From: Narcine bancroftii
Lineage: Eukaryota
Direction: 5' to 3'
DNA: 64,000 nucleotides
NCBI RefSeq assembly: GCF_036971445.1
Contig: NC_091474.1
Span: 195,796,001-195,860,000 of the forward strand
Shown here: in pieces, positions 13,986 through 26,684 of the stretch
How positions within the stretch are numbered: the stretch's first letter is position 1
Layout: each line of letters starts with the position of its first letter
Made by a program: the position numbers and the translations under genes
The notes under the pieces: model-generated
The model's database searches: none
What the model was told of the DNA's origin: nothing
Seen by the model: the letters and a program-made list of their open reading frames with translations, nothing else

Positions 13986-14689
13986 TGCATATTCTTGATA
14001 TGATGGCCATCAGGATTAGAAAAGTTTCCAGGTCTAGTTGGGGCTAAACCTTTTCTGTGCCATTCTTTCATCTCCTTGGCATCTTAATTTTTTTTTTGGT
14101 AGACGATAGTTCCATAGTTGCATTAGGAACTTTGGCCCCAGATTGGTTAAGTGAGTGTCATTACACTGATCATGAGGAGGATCAATATTGTCCTCATCTA
14201 GTGTCCACGTGGAGACACTTACACCAACAAACCCTCTTGCTTAGTGAGGCTGAGCCCTTATCCTGAGCCATGATATTTCAGCTATTGATTTGAGACTAGT
14301 AACTAATTCTTGTTGAGCCAGCAGTGCATTATTAATCACATTCTTTGCCAATAGTATTAAAACCTGGTATTATTTAAAAAAAAACAATCCATCATGAGAT
14401 TTATGGAAATAGTCTCTATATTGTTTGCACTTGACCTGCAGTAGGCAACAGCGATAGCAATCTTACACCACTTGCAGTCTCATGCAGTTAAACTAGACAT
14501 TTAATTTGCAGATTTTATAGACATTCTTATTTAACCATTTCAGGTCATGAAAATGAGAGTTGACTCCTGAAATGCTGGAAGTGTATGATCACACAAAAAA
14601 AAACTGCTGGAAGAACTCAGCAGGTTGAGCAGAATCTCAGTGGCGGAAAGGACTTGTTAACATTTCAGGTTGAAACACTTCATTAAGAC

Positions 14690-15607
14690 ACAGTCCTCCA
14701 CAGCCTTCAACCAGGTTGCACACTATCCCTTCACTTCCTGAGTCCTTCTCTAGGACACCCTCTTCAAGCCCTTTACCATCTCTTAACCTCTTAATTTCCA
14801 ATCTCTAATGAAAAATCCACTGCTTCAGCTTCTCCACTCTCTTCTTCCACTCCAATCTTGCGTCCTCCAGGCACCTAGCACTCACTTTGCACCCATCCCA
14901 GTCTTGTTAATAAGGACAGTGCCATTGTAGTCTAGTGGACTAACTTCTACCTGACTTCAAGGAAATACAGAAATAGATTGACAAATTGCAAATTAATCTG
15001 ATGTATTCCTAGTCATAATATTCACAGTATTGATGACCTTGTTGGGTATTCATGACAAGAAGAGTAAATAAAATTCCAATACACTAATAGCAGTGGTGGG
15101 GGAGGGAGTGCAGTACTATCTTTGGCTTGGCTTCGCGGACGAAGATTTATGAAGGGGGTAAAAGTCCACGTCAGCTGCAGGCTCGTTTGTGGCTGACAAG
15201 TCCGATGCGGGACAAGTCCGATGCGGAGAAGGCCACTCCGATATAAAACCTACGACCCAAAGACCTCGCTGCCACGTCCCAGCTCGCTCGGCCACGGCAC
15301 ACGAACCATGGGTGTAAAGGGTGGGGCCAGTACTGCGCGCACTGCACTCCACCTAAAAGCTCCTTTGCGCAGGCCCGAGGACAGGTCCACGTCCTCCCCC
15401 TCCACGTGCAGTACTATAATGACGTGGGAAGTGCAGGAATGGGGATTAACAGGTTGGAGGTTGCCAGAGCTTGGATGCTTCTTCATACCTAACCCTGGAT
15501 CGTGACCCTAGCCATGAACATCAGGCCATCACCTTGATCTCTCCGCATCAGGAGATCTGTCCTCTGCAACCTCCAACCTGTTAATCCCCATTCCTGCACT
15601 TCCCACG
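14690..15607 (+). mobile_element. Penelope-like RT fragment interrupted at 14957-15464
   Basis: 14758-14953 (decayed DKG-AVVV region) continues at ~15470 with LDASSYLTLDRDPSHEHQAI..SGDLSSATSNL. Confidence 0.65.
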
Positions 15608-15775
15608 TCATTATAGTACTGCACTCCCTCCCCCACCACTGCTATTAGTGTATTGGAATTTTATTTACTCTTCTTGTCATGAATACCCAACAAGGTCATC
15701 AATACTGTGAATATTATGACTAGGAATACATCAGATTAATTTGCAATTTGTCAATCTATTTCTGTATTTCCTTGA
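14957..15775. repeat. Perfect 210-bp inverted duplication (left arm 14957-15119 plus 15418-15464; right arm 15566-15775)
   Basis: Base-by-base reading shows exact reverse complementarity once the RTE insert and one TSD copy are removed. Confidence 0.95.
15120..15405 (-). mobile_element. Short bipartite RTE insertion with 12-bp TSD
   Basis: RTE 3' end (CTTTGGCTTGGCTTCGCGGACGAAGATTTATG) as in the other copies. TSD GTGCAGTACTAT at 15108-15119 and 15406-15417. Confidence 0.9.
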
Positions 15776-16176
15776 GTAAAAGCTGACGGAACTTACAGGA
15801 TCTAATACAGCAATGCGTGCTTGATTTCAAATCATGTTCAATATATTTTTAAGACCAAAACTAAAGAATTTCAAAGATATTAATTGTGGGTCAGCCATCA
15901 GGATTTATTAGCTCTATTCAAAGCTTATTTGAGCGATAACAGTGAACTGTTGCACTCAGCCCAGGAAGGGATTAAGTACTGCAATGGATATTATTTTTCT
16001 TTCTGTCACTTGAGTCAAATGTGGAGCAGCCAGATGTAAATTAAAGCTCCATTTATTCTTAACGATGTACCTTAGCCTCCAATCTCAAAAGAGCATTTCC
16101 TCTTGCACCACTGTTATGTTTACCATTTCCAGCAGCAACAATTCTGACAGTCTCTCTGAATGAAGTTGCCAATTTA

Positions 16177-16770
16177 GTGGTGCAACTGTACAAGGTACTG
16201 GTGAGACCACACCTGGAGTACTGTGTCCAGTTCTGGTCTCCATATTTGAGGAAGGATATACTGGCTTTGGAGATAGTCCAGAGGAGGTTTACTGGGTTGA
16301 TCCCTGGGATGAAGGGGTTGACTTATGATGAAAGATTAAATCGTCTAGGATTGTATTCGCTCGAGTTCAGAAGAATGAGAGGAGATCTTATAGAAACATA
16401 TAGGATTGTGAAGGGTATGGATAGGATAGATCTAGGAAGGTTTTTTGAGCTGGCCGGGGAAACTAAAACCAGAGGACACAGTCTCAAGATTCGGGGGAGT
16501 AGATTTAGGACAGAGATGAGGAAAAATATTTTTTCCCAGAGAGTGGTGAATGTTTGGAATTCTCTAACCAGGGAAGTGGCTGAGGCTGCTTCATTAAACA
16601 TATTTAAAATTTGGTTAGATAAATTTTTACATGATAGAGGAATTAGGGGATATGGGGAGAAGGCAGGTAGGTGGAGTTGGGTCATAAATTAGATCAGCCA
16701 TGATCGTATTGAATGGCGGAGCAGGCTCGATGGGCCATTTTTGGCCTACTCCTGTTCCTACTTCCTATGT
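16177..16770 (+). mobile_element. Young 5'-truncated CR1 with open ORF2 C-terminus (171 aa)
   Basis: [69 protein letters not shown]; 3' tail CCTGTTCCTACTTCCTATGT. Confidence 0.95.
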
Positions 16771-18014
16771 ACATACCCGATTATCAACTTGCCAAATGGT
16801 TTTGCAGGGAAGCACCTCAAATAATGTGGCCCACCTGGGACCATTTCAAGTGAGAAAACCACACAGAAGTGAGCCAGCAAGTGGGAAAATATAGGAAATG
16901 TTGTCACTCAAGCAGAGATCAGCTACAGTGAATGATAGGAATTCCTCTGCAGTGAAGCCAAACAGATGGGCAGAAGATTAAGAGAATTGAAATTCTATAT
17001 TTTAAAATGATGTGATTCCCTTTAATCCTCGCGCAATCTTTTCCAACTGCTAAGCTTTTGTTTAAATTACTTTTTGAAAATGACCTCAAATTTAGGACTT
17101 CATCTTTCTGCTAATAATTCAGGGCTGGACTTTTAAGTTTTAAACTATCTAAACTTATCACTGCAGCCTCTTATCATTCTCAATCCAGCGCCCAGAGGGA
17201 TTTCCCAGGCAAAAATGCTGCCATAGCTCCCCATTCTGCTCTCACTCAGGACTAGGGTTACAATCACAAAGGGAACCCGGCCTTTGTATTGGGAGAAAAC
17301 CCTGTCAGTATGGCCAGCAGAGCCAGTGATGATGACGGTTCTGGTTGTGGGTTGAGTTCCATTGTAACTGTCTTAGCTTATTTTTACCGAGCTGCTCCGT
17401 GACTTTTTAACTTCCACCCATTGCTGTATAACTTGGAAACACATAGGAAAGCGAATACAATTTCCTTGCATTCTGCAGCCTACTCTGAAATTAAAAGCAT
17501 TAAATAACTCTTGTAGATTCAAGGAGGATAGTGAGTGTTTCAAATTGGAAATATGATTGCCATAATAATGACATTTCTTTGGATCTCAAGATTGCATTTG
17601 TACTATTGAACTATTCTTGAATGGACTTGAAGTTGTGATTTCGTGTTAAAATTGTCTTCCTCTTACATCGAAGAGTTCCTGCCTTGAAGCCCACTGTTGG
17701 CATTGATATTGTGAGGTGCTTTATGCCAGAAAGTGTGAAGTGGTTGTGGGTCCAAACAAATGATTTTTTACTGTGTTGTTTTTTCCTTTTTTGACTACTC
17801 CTTCAGTAAAGATGACATTAATTTGTTATGTGGCACCAAGGATTCCTTCCACTGCAATTCAGAAGAGAGGAGATGGGGAGCAAGCAGGCAAAAGACTTCA
17901 TCACCACGTGCAGTGATTATAATTGATGTAATTGGAATATAATACTCAGATGCCAATAGTTTACACCAGCCTCTATTTGTTATTTTTTCTGGGTAAATGT
18001 CATGGCATGGTCTG

Positions 18015-18465
18015 AGTAAAAACACAAATTGCTGGGGAAACTCAGCTGACCAAAGATGGTCCTTTATGTAGCAAACATAAAAATGCATAACCGATGTTTT
18101 GGGCCCTTCATTAGTGTTTGGAAGGTGTAGGCAGGCATCCAAACAAAAGGCTGGGGGGGGGGGGGGGAGGGGAGTTGAGCAAAGACAGGAGATGATAGGT
18201 GGAGAGGGAAGAGAGAGGACAGCAGCGATTGGGAGAGGAGGGATGGCTGGGTAAGTGGAGGGGAGAGAATTGAAAATAACTGAAAAGGGGAGGGGAAAAA
18301 ATGTGATCAGGTTAGCAGAAACCAGAGAAGTCGATATTATTGCCATCTGGCTGGAGAGTGCCCAGTGTTGTTCCTCCAATCTGCAGGTGGTCTGGGTGGG
18401 ATAGTATATAATGCCATGAATAGACATGTGAGTATGGGAGTGTGACTCAGAATTGAAATGGTCTG
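18015..18465 (-). mobile_element. Penelope-like 3' end (GIY-YIG C-terminus plus pLTR)
   Basis: HFNSESHSHTHMSIHG..QTTCRLEEQH on the minus strand, a purine-rich tract, and pLTR AAACACAAATTGCTGGGGAAACTCAGC. Confidence 0.85.
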
Positions 18466-20574
18466 AACTGACCAATAAATCTGCATATAAAGTTGGAAAG
18501 TGCATGGCCTGCGCATGCTAAGACTTGTATGTTGTTTGGTCCTCAGTGTTGAATATCAATGTGTATTGGATTACAAATGTTAAGATCTTGCTGATAAAAA
18601 TTATTATTATTGCTCCAGCTGTGGTAACTATAAAATGTTTTTTTTATATACAATGAAGACTTATACAATTGAGATTATATAAAGAATAAAGTTTGCTGAA
18701 CCTTAAAAATATAAGGTGAACAATATTTTTCAAATAAATTCTGCTCAAAAGTAAATGTTAACATTATTTAGGATTACAAATATAAAGATTATTTCAAGTT
18801 TAAATGCACTAAGGCAAAGTACATTTTTGATTGCCAGAAGTTACTGGTGTGGAAGAGATGGGGAAGTGGAGAGGGGGAAGGATCAGGGTGAATGGGTGGG
18901 AGTGTGTGTGTGTGTGTGTGTGAGGGTGTCAGGAGAGAAAATAAATTTTGAGTATACTCATGTTTATGATTATATTTTAAATAACAATATATTTCCCCCT
19001 CTCCCTTTCTAACCATCCCAGTGAGATATACTAAATGAAGTGAAATATACCTAATAGTTCCGAGCAGGCATTTTTCCTACTACTACTATATTTTGTTTCC
19101 TGTCAGATTCTATCTGGTCAAACATGTATCCTTTTGCAAGATGAACTACAGCTTTTCTGTACTGTAGACTGTGTGCTATAATTTTCCACTAACCTGTTCT
19201 CTGCAGAGCCCAAACAGAAATAAAAATATATTGTGTGCACTTCATCGCTGAGACTCCTGACCTCTGCTGCCAGTCCAACGACTGTTATGATGGATGCTCC
19301 GTGTCTCTTTGCCTTTAATTGCTCATAAATTGTTAGACCCATGAAACACAAAGTCATCCTTGTCCTCATTTTAGTAGAGGTTGGAGGTCAGTCTAAGAGT
19401 AATAAGATTAAAGAGTGGGTAACAGAGGATTTTGGTATTCACTTTGGCAGGCAACATTCATCAGGGTGCAGATTAATAGCAGAGATTTCTGGGATTGCAA
19501 GCTTCCCATAAAACCTCCAGAATTGGCTGTAAAATCAGACTGGTGCTTGATTTGGGTTTCCTGGATGTTATTTTTTTGAAGCTATTGTACATCATTCTTG
19601 AGCTTGTATTGGGACAACTCACAGGGTGTGGAAAAAAAAATCCTGGACATTAAGAACGGATCATCACCTTCCACTCATGGTGTAAAGTGTAATATAGGAG
19701 TCAGAGATTTTTATTCTTCCAATAACATCATGAAATATGAATAGATGTACTAATTATATTAATCATAATTAAAATAAATTACTAATGAGACACTTGGTCC
19801 ATGACATGCCAGAACATATCAGAAAAGAATATGTTGGAATCTGCAAGGAAAGAACAACTACAGGCTCTTGTCCAAAAGTGGAATTTTATCATGATACTCA
19901 TGTGGTATTCATAATTCCAGGATTAACCCATAAATGCTTGGAAGAGTATAGCACAGAAAAACACTATTTACCCTTTGTCTTATGATTGTTCTTTTCTAGG
20001 GCAATTCCACAGTCTCACTTAAGTTTCCCTCCTATTTTGAGAAAGAGCTTCTTCCTCTGCCACTCCTCTTCCCTAATGGTCAATGATTGCAACATGGTGC
20101 TTCTTTCTTAGTCCCGGTAGCCTTCCATCTACCTCCTCTGGGAGGTAGATCTGAATGTGGATTGCAGGGTTCTGTGTGTTTCTTTTGTTATGAGAGTTTC
20201 CCTCCCTTGCTCACTTTCTTGCAGCATGCAATTCATTGCATCAGCAGAATCTGTCCAAATGTGCCCGAGCTCTGTTCTGTGGTCCTAACACCTTTGTGGG
20301 CTCAGTGCTGCTGTGGGTTGTGCCTGTAAGGAATGACTAGGCCTTGGGTAGAAGAAACTCAAGCCCCACCCTGACAGTGTGCTAAAATGTCATAGTGCCA
20401 AAAGCCTTTTCCACTTTCCCTGCACCTCTGTTCATCAGAAATATTTCAAATGGTTATATTGCATTTAATTAATGGAATAATTATCAGACTTTTTTTAAAA
20501 AACTAATTAAGTCAAAAAAGCAGTTAAGTCCCATAAATTAATTGGAAACAGTGATGGATAGTGTGTATCTGAAA

Positions 20575-21877
20575 GCCAGAGAGATTGAAGCATATCACCT
20601 CCTATCTGAGAAGCGACATGGATACATTCCAGTTTGTCTATCTAGCAACAGGTTGATGGCAGATGCCATCTCAGTGGCTCTACACAAAGCCATGGAACAC
20701 CTGGAGAGTAAAGGTGCATTCATCAGGATGCTGCTTATTGACTACAATTCAGCATTTAACACCATCATCCCCTCAAAACTGATCAGCAAATTCCAAGACT
20801 CAACACCACACTGTGTAATTGGATCATGGATTTCCTCACCACCAGACCACAATCAGTAAAGATTGGCAAGAACTTCTCCTTCACAATCTCCAGTAATGGA
20901 GCACCACAGGGCTCTTCCTCTACTCACTTTACACCTACAACTGTGTGGCTTAGTACCACAATAACACCATCTACAAATTTGCCAACGATACCACAATATT
21001 GGGTTGTATAAAGAAGGGTGATGAGTCAACATATAGGATGGAGATTGAAAACTTGGCTGAATGGTGCACCAACAACAACCTTGCACTCAATATCACCAAA
21101 ACTAAGGAGTTGATTGTTGATTTCAGGAAGGGGAAGCCAGAGGTATACAATCCAATGATCATTAGGGGATCAGAGGTGGGGAGGGTGAGCAAATTTAAGT
21201 TCTTGGGAGTCACTATCTTGAAGGATCTTTCCTGAACCCAACACACTAATGACATCATGAAGAAAGCATATCAATGCCTCTATTTCCTCAGGTGTTTGTG
21301 GAATTTTAACATGACACCAGAAATACTGGCAAATTCATATAGATGTGTAGTGAAAAGTGTGTTACCAGCTGCATCATGGTCTGGTAAAGGGTAACCAATA
21401 CCTCTGAACAAAAAGCCCTCCAAAAGCTACTGGACACAGCTTGGGACATCACAGGCAAAACCTTCCCTACTATTGAGAACATCTACAGGGAATGCTACTG
21501 TTGGAAAGCATCAGCAATCTTCAAATATCCACATCACCCAGCACATGTTATGTTCTCACTGCTGCCATCAGTGAAGAGGTATAGATGCCACAAGACTTGC
21601 ACCACCAGGTTCAGGAACAGCTACTACTCCTCCACCATCAGATTCCTCAACAACAAACTCCATCAGGGACTCATTTAAGAACTCTTACTTGTGGACTTTA
21701 TTGATTTTTTAAAAATTTCCTACATGGCAGACAGTTTGTAATCTGCTTGCAGTTCTTTATTTACATGTATATGCTGCGTACAGTTGGTTTTTTTTTGCCT
21801 TACCAATAAGTGGTAATTCTGCCTCATCCAACCCCACAGGGTTGGATGTGATGTAATGTATGCACTCTGACAGTAAA
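20575..21877 (+). mobile_element. Rex1/Babar LINE, 5'-truncated
   Basis: [70 protein letters not shown]. Confidence 0.92.
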
Positions 21878-22099
21878 TTACTCCTCAGCTTCAATAGGAT
21901 TTTGACTGAAAAGTGAACTCACTCCATAAACCCACCTTATCATTGTATAAAAACCCAGAATTATTCCCTTAGAAGCTCTAATTTTGAAAATACATCTGTT
22001 ACAAAAAGATTTTGTGGGCGCAGCTGAAACCATCATCCAAATCAACTTTCTGTTCATCAACTCCATCCTACTTCAGGTGAACTACCAACTTATGAATGG

Positions 22100-22522
22100 T
22101 GATACAAGCCCAGAGGACCCCTGTTATAGTACAGATTCTATCACCAATGTGCATATGTACAGATTGTAATGTAGGATGACTGTGATTGGCTGAGAGTGTA
22201 GCCACACCTACTGGCAGGTCTTAAAGGATTGCTCCTAGCCAGACCAGGTCATTCTGGACTGGTCGACCTATTTGTGATATGCTCCAGTCTTTTAGTTAAT
22301 AAAAGCCTTTGTTTGGATCAACAAGTCTTTGGTTCTTTCGACGCGCACTACAACCCCAAAACCCAGCAGCAATAGATATTCACCAAGACAAATGGCTACT
22401 TAAAGAAAAGTTGCTTTTAATTATCTTTAAACATGAAAACAGAATCACACTTTAACTTATCATTATTTTGACTTAACTAACCTAACTTAACCCCCTTCTA
22501 ATTCTAAGTACATATGTATGTA

Positions 22523-22576
<54 letters not shown>

Positions 22577-23069
22577 GTTCAGAAAAGTTCTTTGGTTCAC
22601 AGTCCAATCTCACTTCTCATTCCTCCAAGTTCACCAGTTGCAGGCAATTCTTATACTGTGCACAGAAGTTAACATTTATATTCACCAGGCTTTGGTGCTT
22701 GAAAGGTAATTGGTTACTGCTTAGGAAGGTTCTTGTTGGTTTAGGGAGAGAGATTTGTTGTTGTTCCAGGACAGCCACAACTGATTTACTTCTATCAGCC
22801 ACTTCAATGTCTTGCCGCAGAAACTTGCCCCCTCGGGGTTCTCCAGATGATAACCTATTTCTTTCAGGTCACTACAGAGTGCCTTTTTGTTTCTCCTACT
22901 TCAAGTGAAACATTAGACACCCAGTCCTCTCCTCTTGCATGAACCACAAGGGCTTTTACCAGGCTAAACTAAGCACTCACAAATGGAGTTTTCCACAAGC
23001 TTGCCAGCTTGTCCTATTCCAGTTTCATTTGCTGCTGCTAACTGTAAAACTGTAGAACTGATCTCTGAG

Positions 23070-23104
<35 letters not shown>

Positions 23105-23401
23105 GAGAAATCCTGTTTTACTCTCTCTGCTTGCAAAACCACATGACCCTCTTAGAACAGCAAGTTCCACTACAATCTCTGGCTCCGAAAGTTCTTTCAT
23201 CTGTTGCCTTTTATAAACAGCAATCCATTAGTGAAGTTTCTTGGGCACTCTCCAAAGCTTTTGCAAAGTCTCTGGGGTTCTGACATATGTAGCATTAGCA
23301 GAGCTCCAGTATTTTAAATAAGATCTGTTTTAAAGTTTTGTATGTAACCTACACTAACAATTTAGCTCCCAAAAATATATCTATATCCATATTCTGTCAC
23401 A
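22100..23401 (-). mobile_element. Solo LTR (~1 kb family) containing a nested small solo LTR and a (TG)25 tract
   Basis: TG...CA ends, 4-bp TSD ATGG/AAGG (1 mismatch), aligns to 30269-31292 and to the reverse complement of 44110-45088. Strand inferred from AATAAA position. Confidence 0.85.
22122..22352 (+). mobile_element. Solo LTR (~235 bp family) nested in the 1-kb LTR
   Basis: TG...CA ends, perfect TSD ACCCC (22117-22121 / 22353-22357), same family as 12869-13107. Confidence 0.92.
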
Positions 23402-23842
23402 AAGGTCACATCAGATCCTGGTCACCTCTCCCCTTCCTTCAGTCAGAAGGTATGTGAGATTAAAAACGTATGCCTGATTCAAGGATTTTCTTCTATTTTC
23501 AGACTTTTGAATGGACCTCCCAACTGCATAAGATGGTGCCTGAATGCTTGAACAATGCTTTTCTCTTTAACCCTATGCCATGCAGCAGTGCCTGCTGTGC
23601 CATGGAGAAGTTGACTTGCCCAGATAGCATGCAAATCAAAGTTTTTCCACTGCATCTCAGTAAATATGATAATAAACAATTCAAACACTTCTTCACCATA
23701 TGGGAGGGAAGGGAAAACTGCAGGAGGAGTTCAACAGGTCATGCTTTAGATTTCAGCATCTGCAGCCTTGTGTGCCTCATCAGGATTCTAGCTGCAAAAA
23801 TATTTATTTTGTCAGAAGTTGTGATGTTTCTTCCCCATAATA

Positions 23843-24160
23843 TTCAGAATCAGAATTTATTGTCATGAACAAGTCACAAAATTCATTGTTTTATGGCAGC
23901 GTCTTAGTGAAAATATTCATAAACTATTTTATAACAATGTTTTTTTTTAAGTAGTGCATGAGAAGTAAGGCAGTGTCTTTGGTTCATTGATTATTCGGGA
24001 ATCTGATGGCAGCGGGGAAGTAGCTGTCCTTGTGCTGCAGAGTGCTCGTCTTTGGGCTCCTGTACCTTTTTTCCTGATGGTAGCAGAGTGAAGAGGGCAT
24101 GGCCTGGGTGGTGGGGGTCCTTGAGGATGTAGTGCATCTTTAGGACACTGCCTCTTGCAG
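23843..24160 (-). mobile_element. Rex1/Babar 3' end
   Basis: TCAGAATCAGAATTTATTGTCA tail, and minus-strand DPHHPGH-like and SYFP-like motifs. Confidence 0.75.
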
Positions 24161-24183
24161 ATGTGGACTCTGCTGCTTGCAGA

Positions 24184-24619
24184 TGTAATCAGAAATACGA
24201 GTATCAAGGGTATTTAAGCAGCCCAAGCCTTTCAGACAATGTTGAACTGTGATGATGATGACGTTGAGAGTGTCACGGTCATGTATTTGCCTTCGTCAGG
24301 AGCGGTGCCAGATGCTGCTGATGCCGTAAGCGATGTGGCTCACATGAGTGAGAGCGTGCACGCGCAGGAGTTTTGTGTGTCAGTCTGTGGGTGATGAATC
24401 TTGGGTGCTGGAGGAGCAGAGTAAGAGCGTCAGGATCACCCGTGTGGCAGTGAGCCAATGAAGAAGTCAGAGGAGTTTAGCTGGGGGGTGAAGGGGAGAT
24501 GAAGAATGGAATGTTGTTTCCAGTGAATAATAAAGAAAGTCGATTTCATGGTATACTGAAAAAAAATGAGGGAGTGTATTTTTTATGTTTGTAAGCTGTG
24601 GTAAATCAGTGCTGCTACA
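24184..24619 (+). mobile_element. Probable solo LTR (436 bp)
   Basis: TGTA...TACA ends and a partial second copy at 98-300. No clean TSD. Confidence 0.5.
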
Positions 24620-24639
24620 AGAGATTATTATTATTAGTG

Positions 24640-25405
24640 CAATGTATAGAAATTTTTATTTGTTGCAGCCATACATAGTCTCAAGATAGCAAAAATTAAA
24701 TTACCACTGGATAATGAATATTCGCAGTTGCAAGAAAACAAAATGTTTCGCTAGTGTACATAAACCTTTTGTTATTCTCAGAGTGGTTTATGGATATGTA
24801 TGGGGTAGTATGTGGAAGTTGAAGAGCCTGTTGGAAAAAAAAATCTCTTTTTGAGCTTTGAGGTGATGGTTCCAAGACTTCCATACCTTCTGCCTGAAGG
24901 TAGCAGCTAGAAGAGGTTGCGACCAGGTTATATTGGCTGCTTCTTGAGGCAACGTTGCAAGATGGGCTTGGCTAATTTGTCACTTTCGTTACCTTCTGCA
25001 TTCTTGGGCACTTATATTTCCAAAGCAGTCTGTGATGCAACCACAGATAGCTTTAGAAGTTCAATAGAATATTTGACAACATGCCAAATCTCCTCAGACC
25101 TCTGAGAAAGTAAAGGTTTTGTTATGCCTTCTTCATTGTTGACCTGCCGCACTGACTCAAGGGCAGGACCTCGTATATGTAGACTTCCAGGCATTTGAAG
25201 GTATGAACCTTCTCCACTGCCTTCTCGTCAATGAAGATAGGTTCCATTGGCCTCCCCTTTCTGGAGTCCACAAGAAGCTCCTTTGTTCTGTTGATGTTGA
25301 GAGCAAGATTGTTGATCTGATTCAACACAATATCCATCCGATATTCAAACCATTCATAGCCTGTTATTTGACTAGCATCAGTGATGTCATCAGCGAATTT
25401 AGAGA
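24640..25405 (-). mobile_element. Rex1/Babar fragment
   Basis: NNLALNINRTKELLVDSRKG..VEKVHTFKCL on the minus strand. Confidence 0.8.
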
Positions 25406-25899
25406 TTGTGTTGGAGTCCCAAGTCCATTGACATCATGTGTCAAACCAATTCAGCTCAAGGTATACCACCTATTTAACATTAGGCCCACAGGAAATTAGG
25501 GTAGAGCAAAGTGATCTTTGTTCCTCTTTCTGTTCAGTGCCATTAGCCTGGAAAAATAACCCAGCCTGTAAAGGGTGATATGTTGGCACTGTATACAACA
25601 ATAAATGGTCCAGGAAAGGCCAGCATTTATACCACATCTTTTAAAATCCTGGTGATAAGGAAGGTTCTTGAATTACTGTAGTCTTTCCTAGGTAGTAAAA
25701 AGGGACATCCAGGAATTACACCCAGCAATGATGAAGGACCAAATATATATTTCCACATCACAATGAGAGAATGCGGTTGGTGTTTTTTTTTCCGTGTGCT
25801 TGAAGCCCTTGTCCTTCATGGCACAGGCTGTGTTTGGGAGCTGAAATGAGTAACTGTTGAGCATTTTACACCCACTATGAGAACATCTGAAAATGGGGG

Positions 25900-26642
25900 T
25901 GCTGCTGTATCAGCAGTGCTGCCGCTGGTGCGGACCTGCAAGGGACTGAGGAGCAGAGATACAGCACTCCTGTGGGATCCAACCACCCAGTCCACTGCCA
26001 TCAGCTTCACACAGGCTTTGATCGGCAGCAGTTTTATTTAAAATCCTGTGACCATGGGGTTTGCACCCAAGATAGTGCCACCTTTGATCGGCATCAGCCA
26101 CAAGGGGTTGTAGAGTACAGGGGATCAAACGACCAGAAAATAGGGAGACAATCCACCATCTGAGAAAGAGAAGCAGAGGAGATGACCCACAGGATGGTGA
26201 GGGGGCTCTGTGGTTGAAAATCCCCCTCATGTGATGGGCTGCTGGTGACTTGAGGCGAGGAACCCACGGAGGCTGTGGGCTGCTGAAGACTCGTGACAGG
26301 CTGGAGACTGGTTAGAAACTGGCTGAAGGGGTACCAGGTATCAGAACCGGGATGTGGGGGGGTGCTGACTGTGTCGAAGGTTCAGATCTGGAGCTCGAGT
26401 TGCTAATGGTTCGGACTGGACTCTGTGTGGCTGTGGAAGCAAATCTACAGACACTCAATGACTCTGGGGGGGGAGTGGTGGGGGGGGGGGGGAACTCTCC
26501 TTTACTTCCTCTAACTGTAAGCGGCACTTCAGGCAATTTCTGCCCATGGCAAATCTGTCTGCCTTTTCAGCAGGCAAATGTAATTTCATGTAATATGACA
26601 CTGTTTTATTACAATGACAATAAATTGAATCTTGAATCTTGA
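25900..26642 (+). mobile_element. Non-coding retroposon with a Rex1-like 3' tail
   Basis: GC-richer block ending GACAATAAATTGAATCTTGAATCTTGA. No recognisable ORF, 5' boundary uncertain. Confidence 0.45.
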
Positions 26643-26684
26643 GCCAGTGCAGTAGAGTTTGGTGTGCCAATCAAACAGGCTATT

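Noticed and set aside
17315-17400. Possible C/D snoRNA (GTGATGA with short flanking complementarity)
   Set aside because: No CTGA D box at a suitable distance (only CCGA), and no recognisable guide
17795-18505. 236-aa minus-strand ORF
   Set aside because: Read-through of a Penelope 3' fragment and its pyrimidine-rich UTR, not a gene
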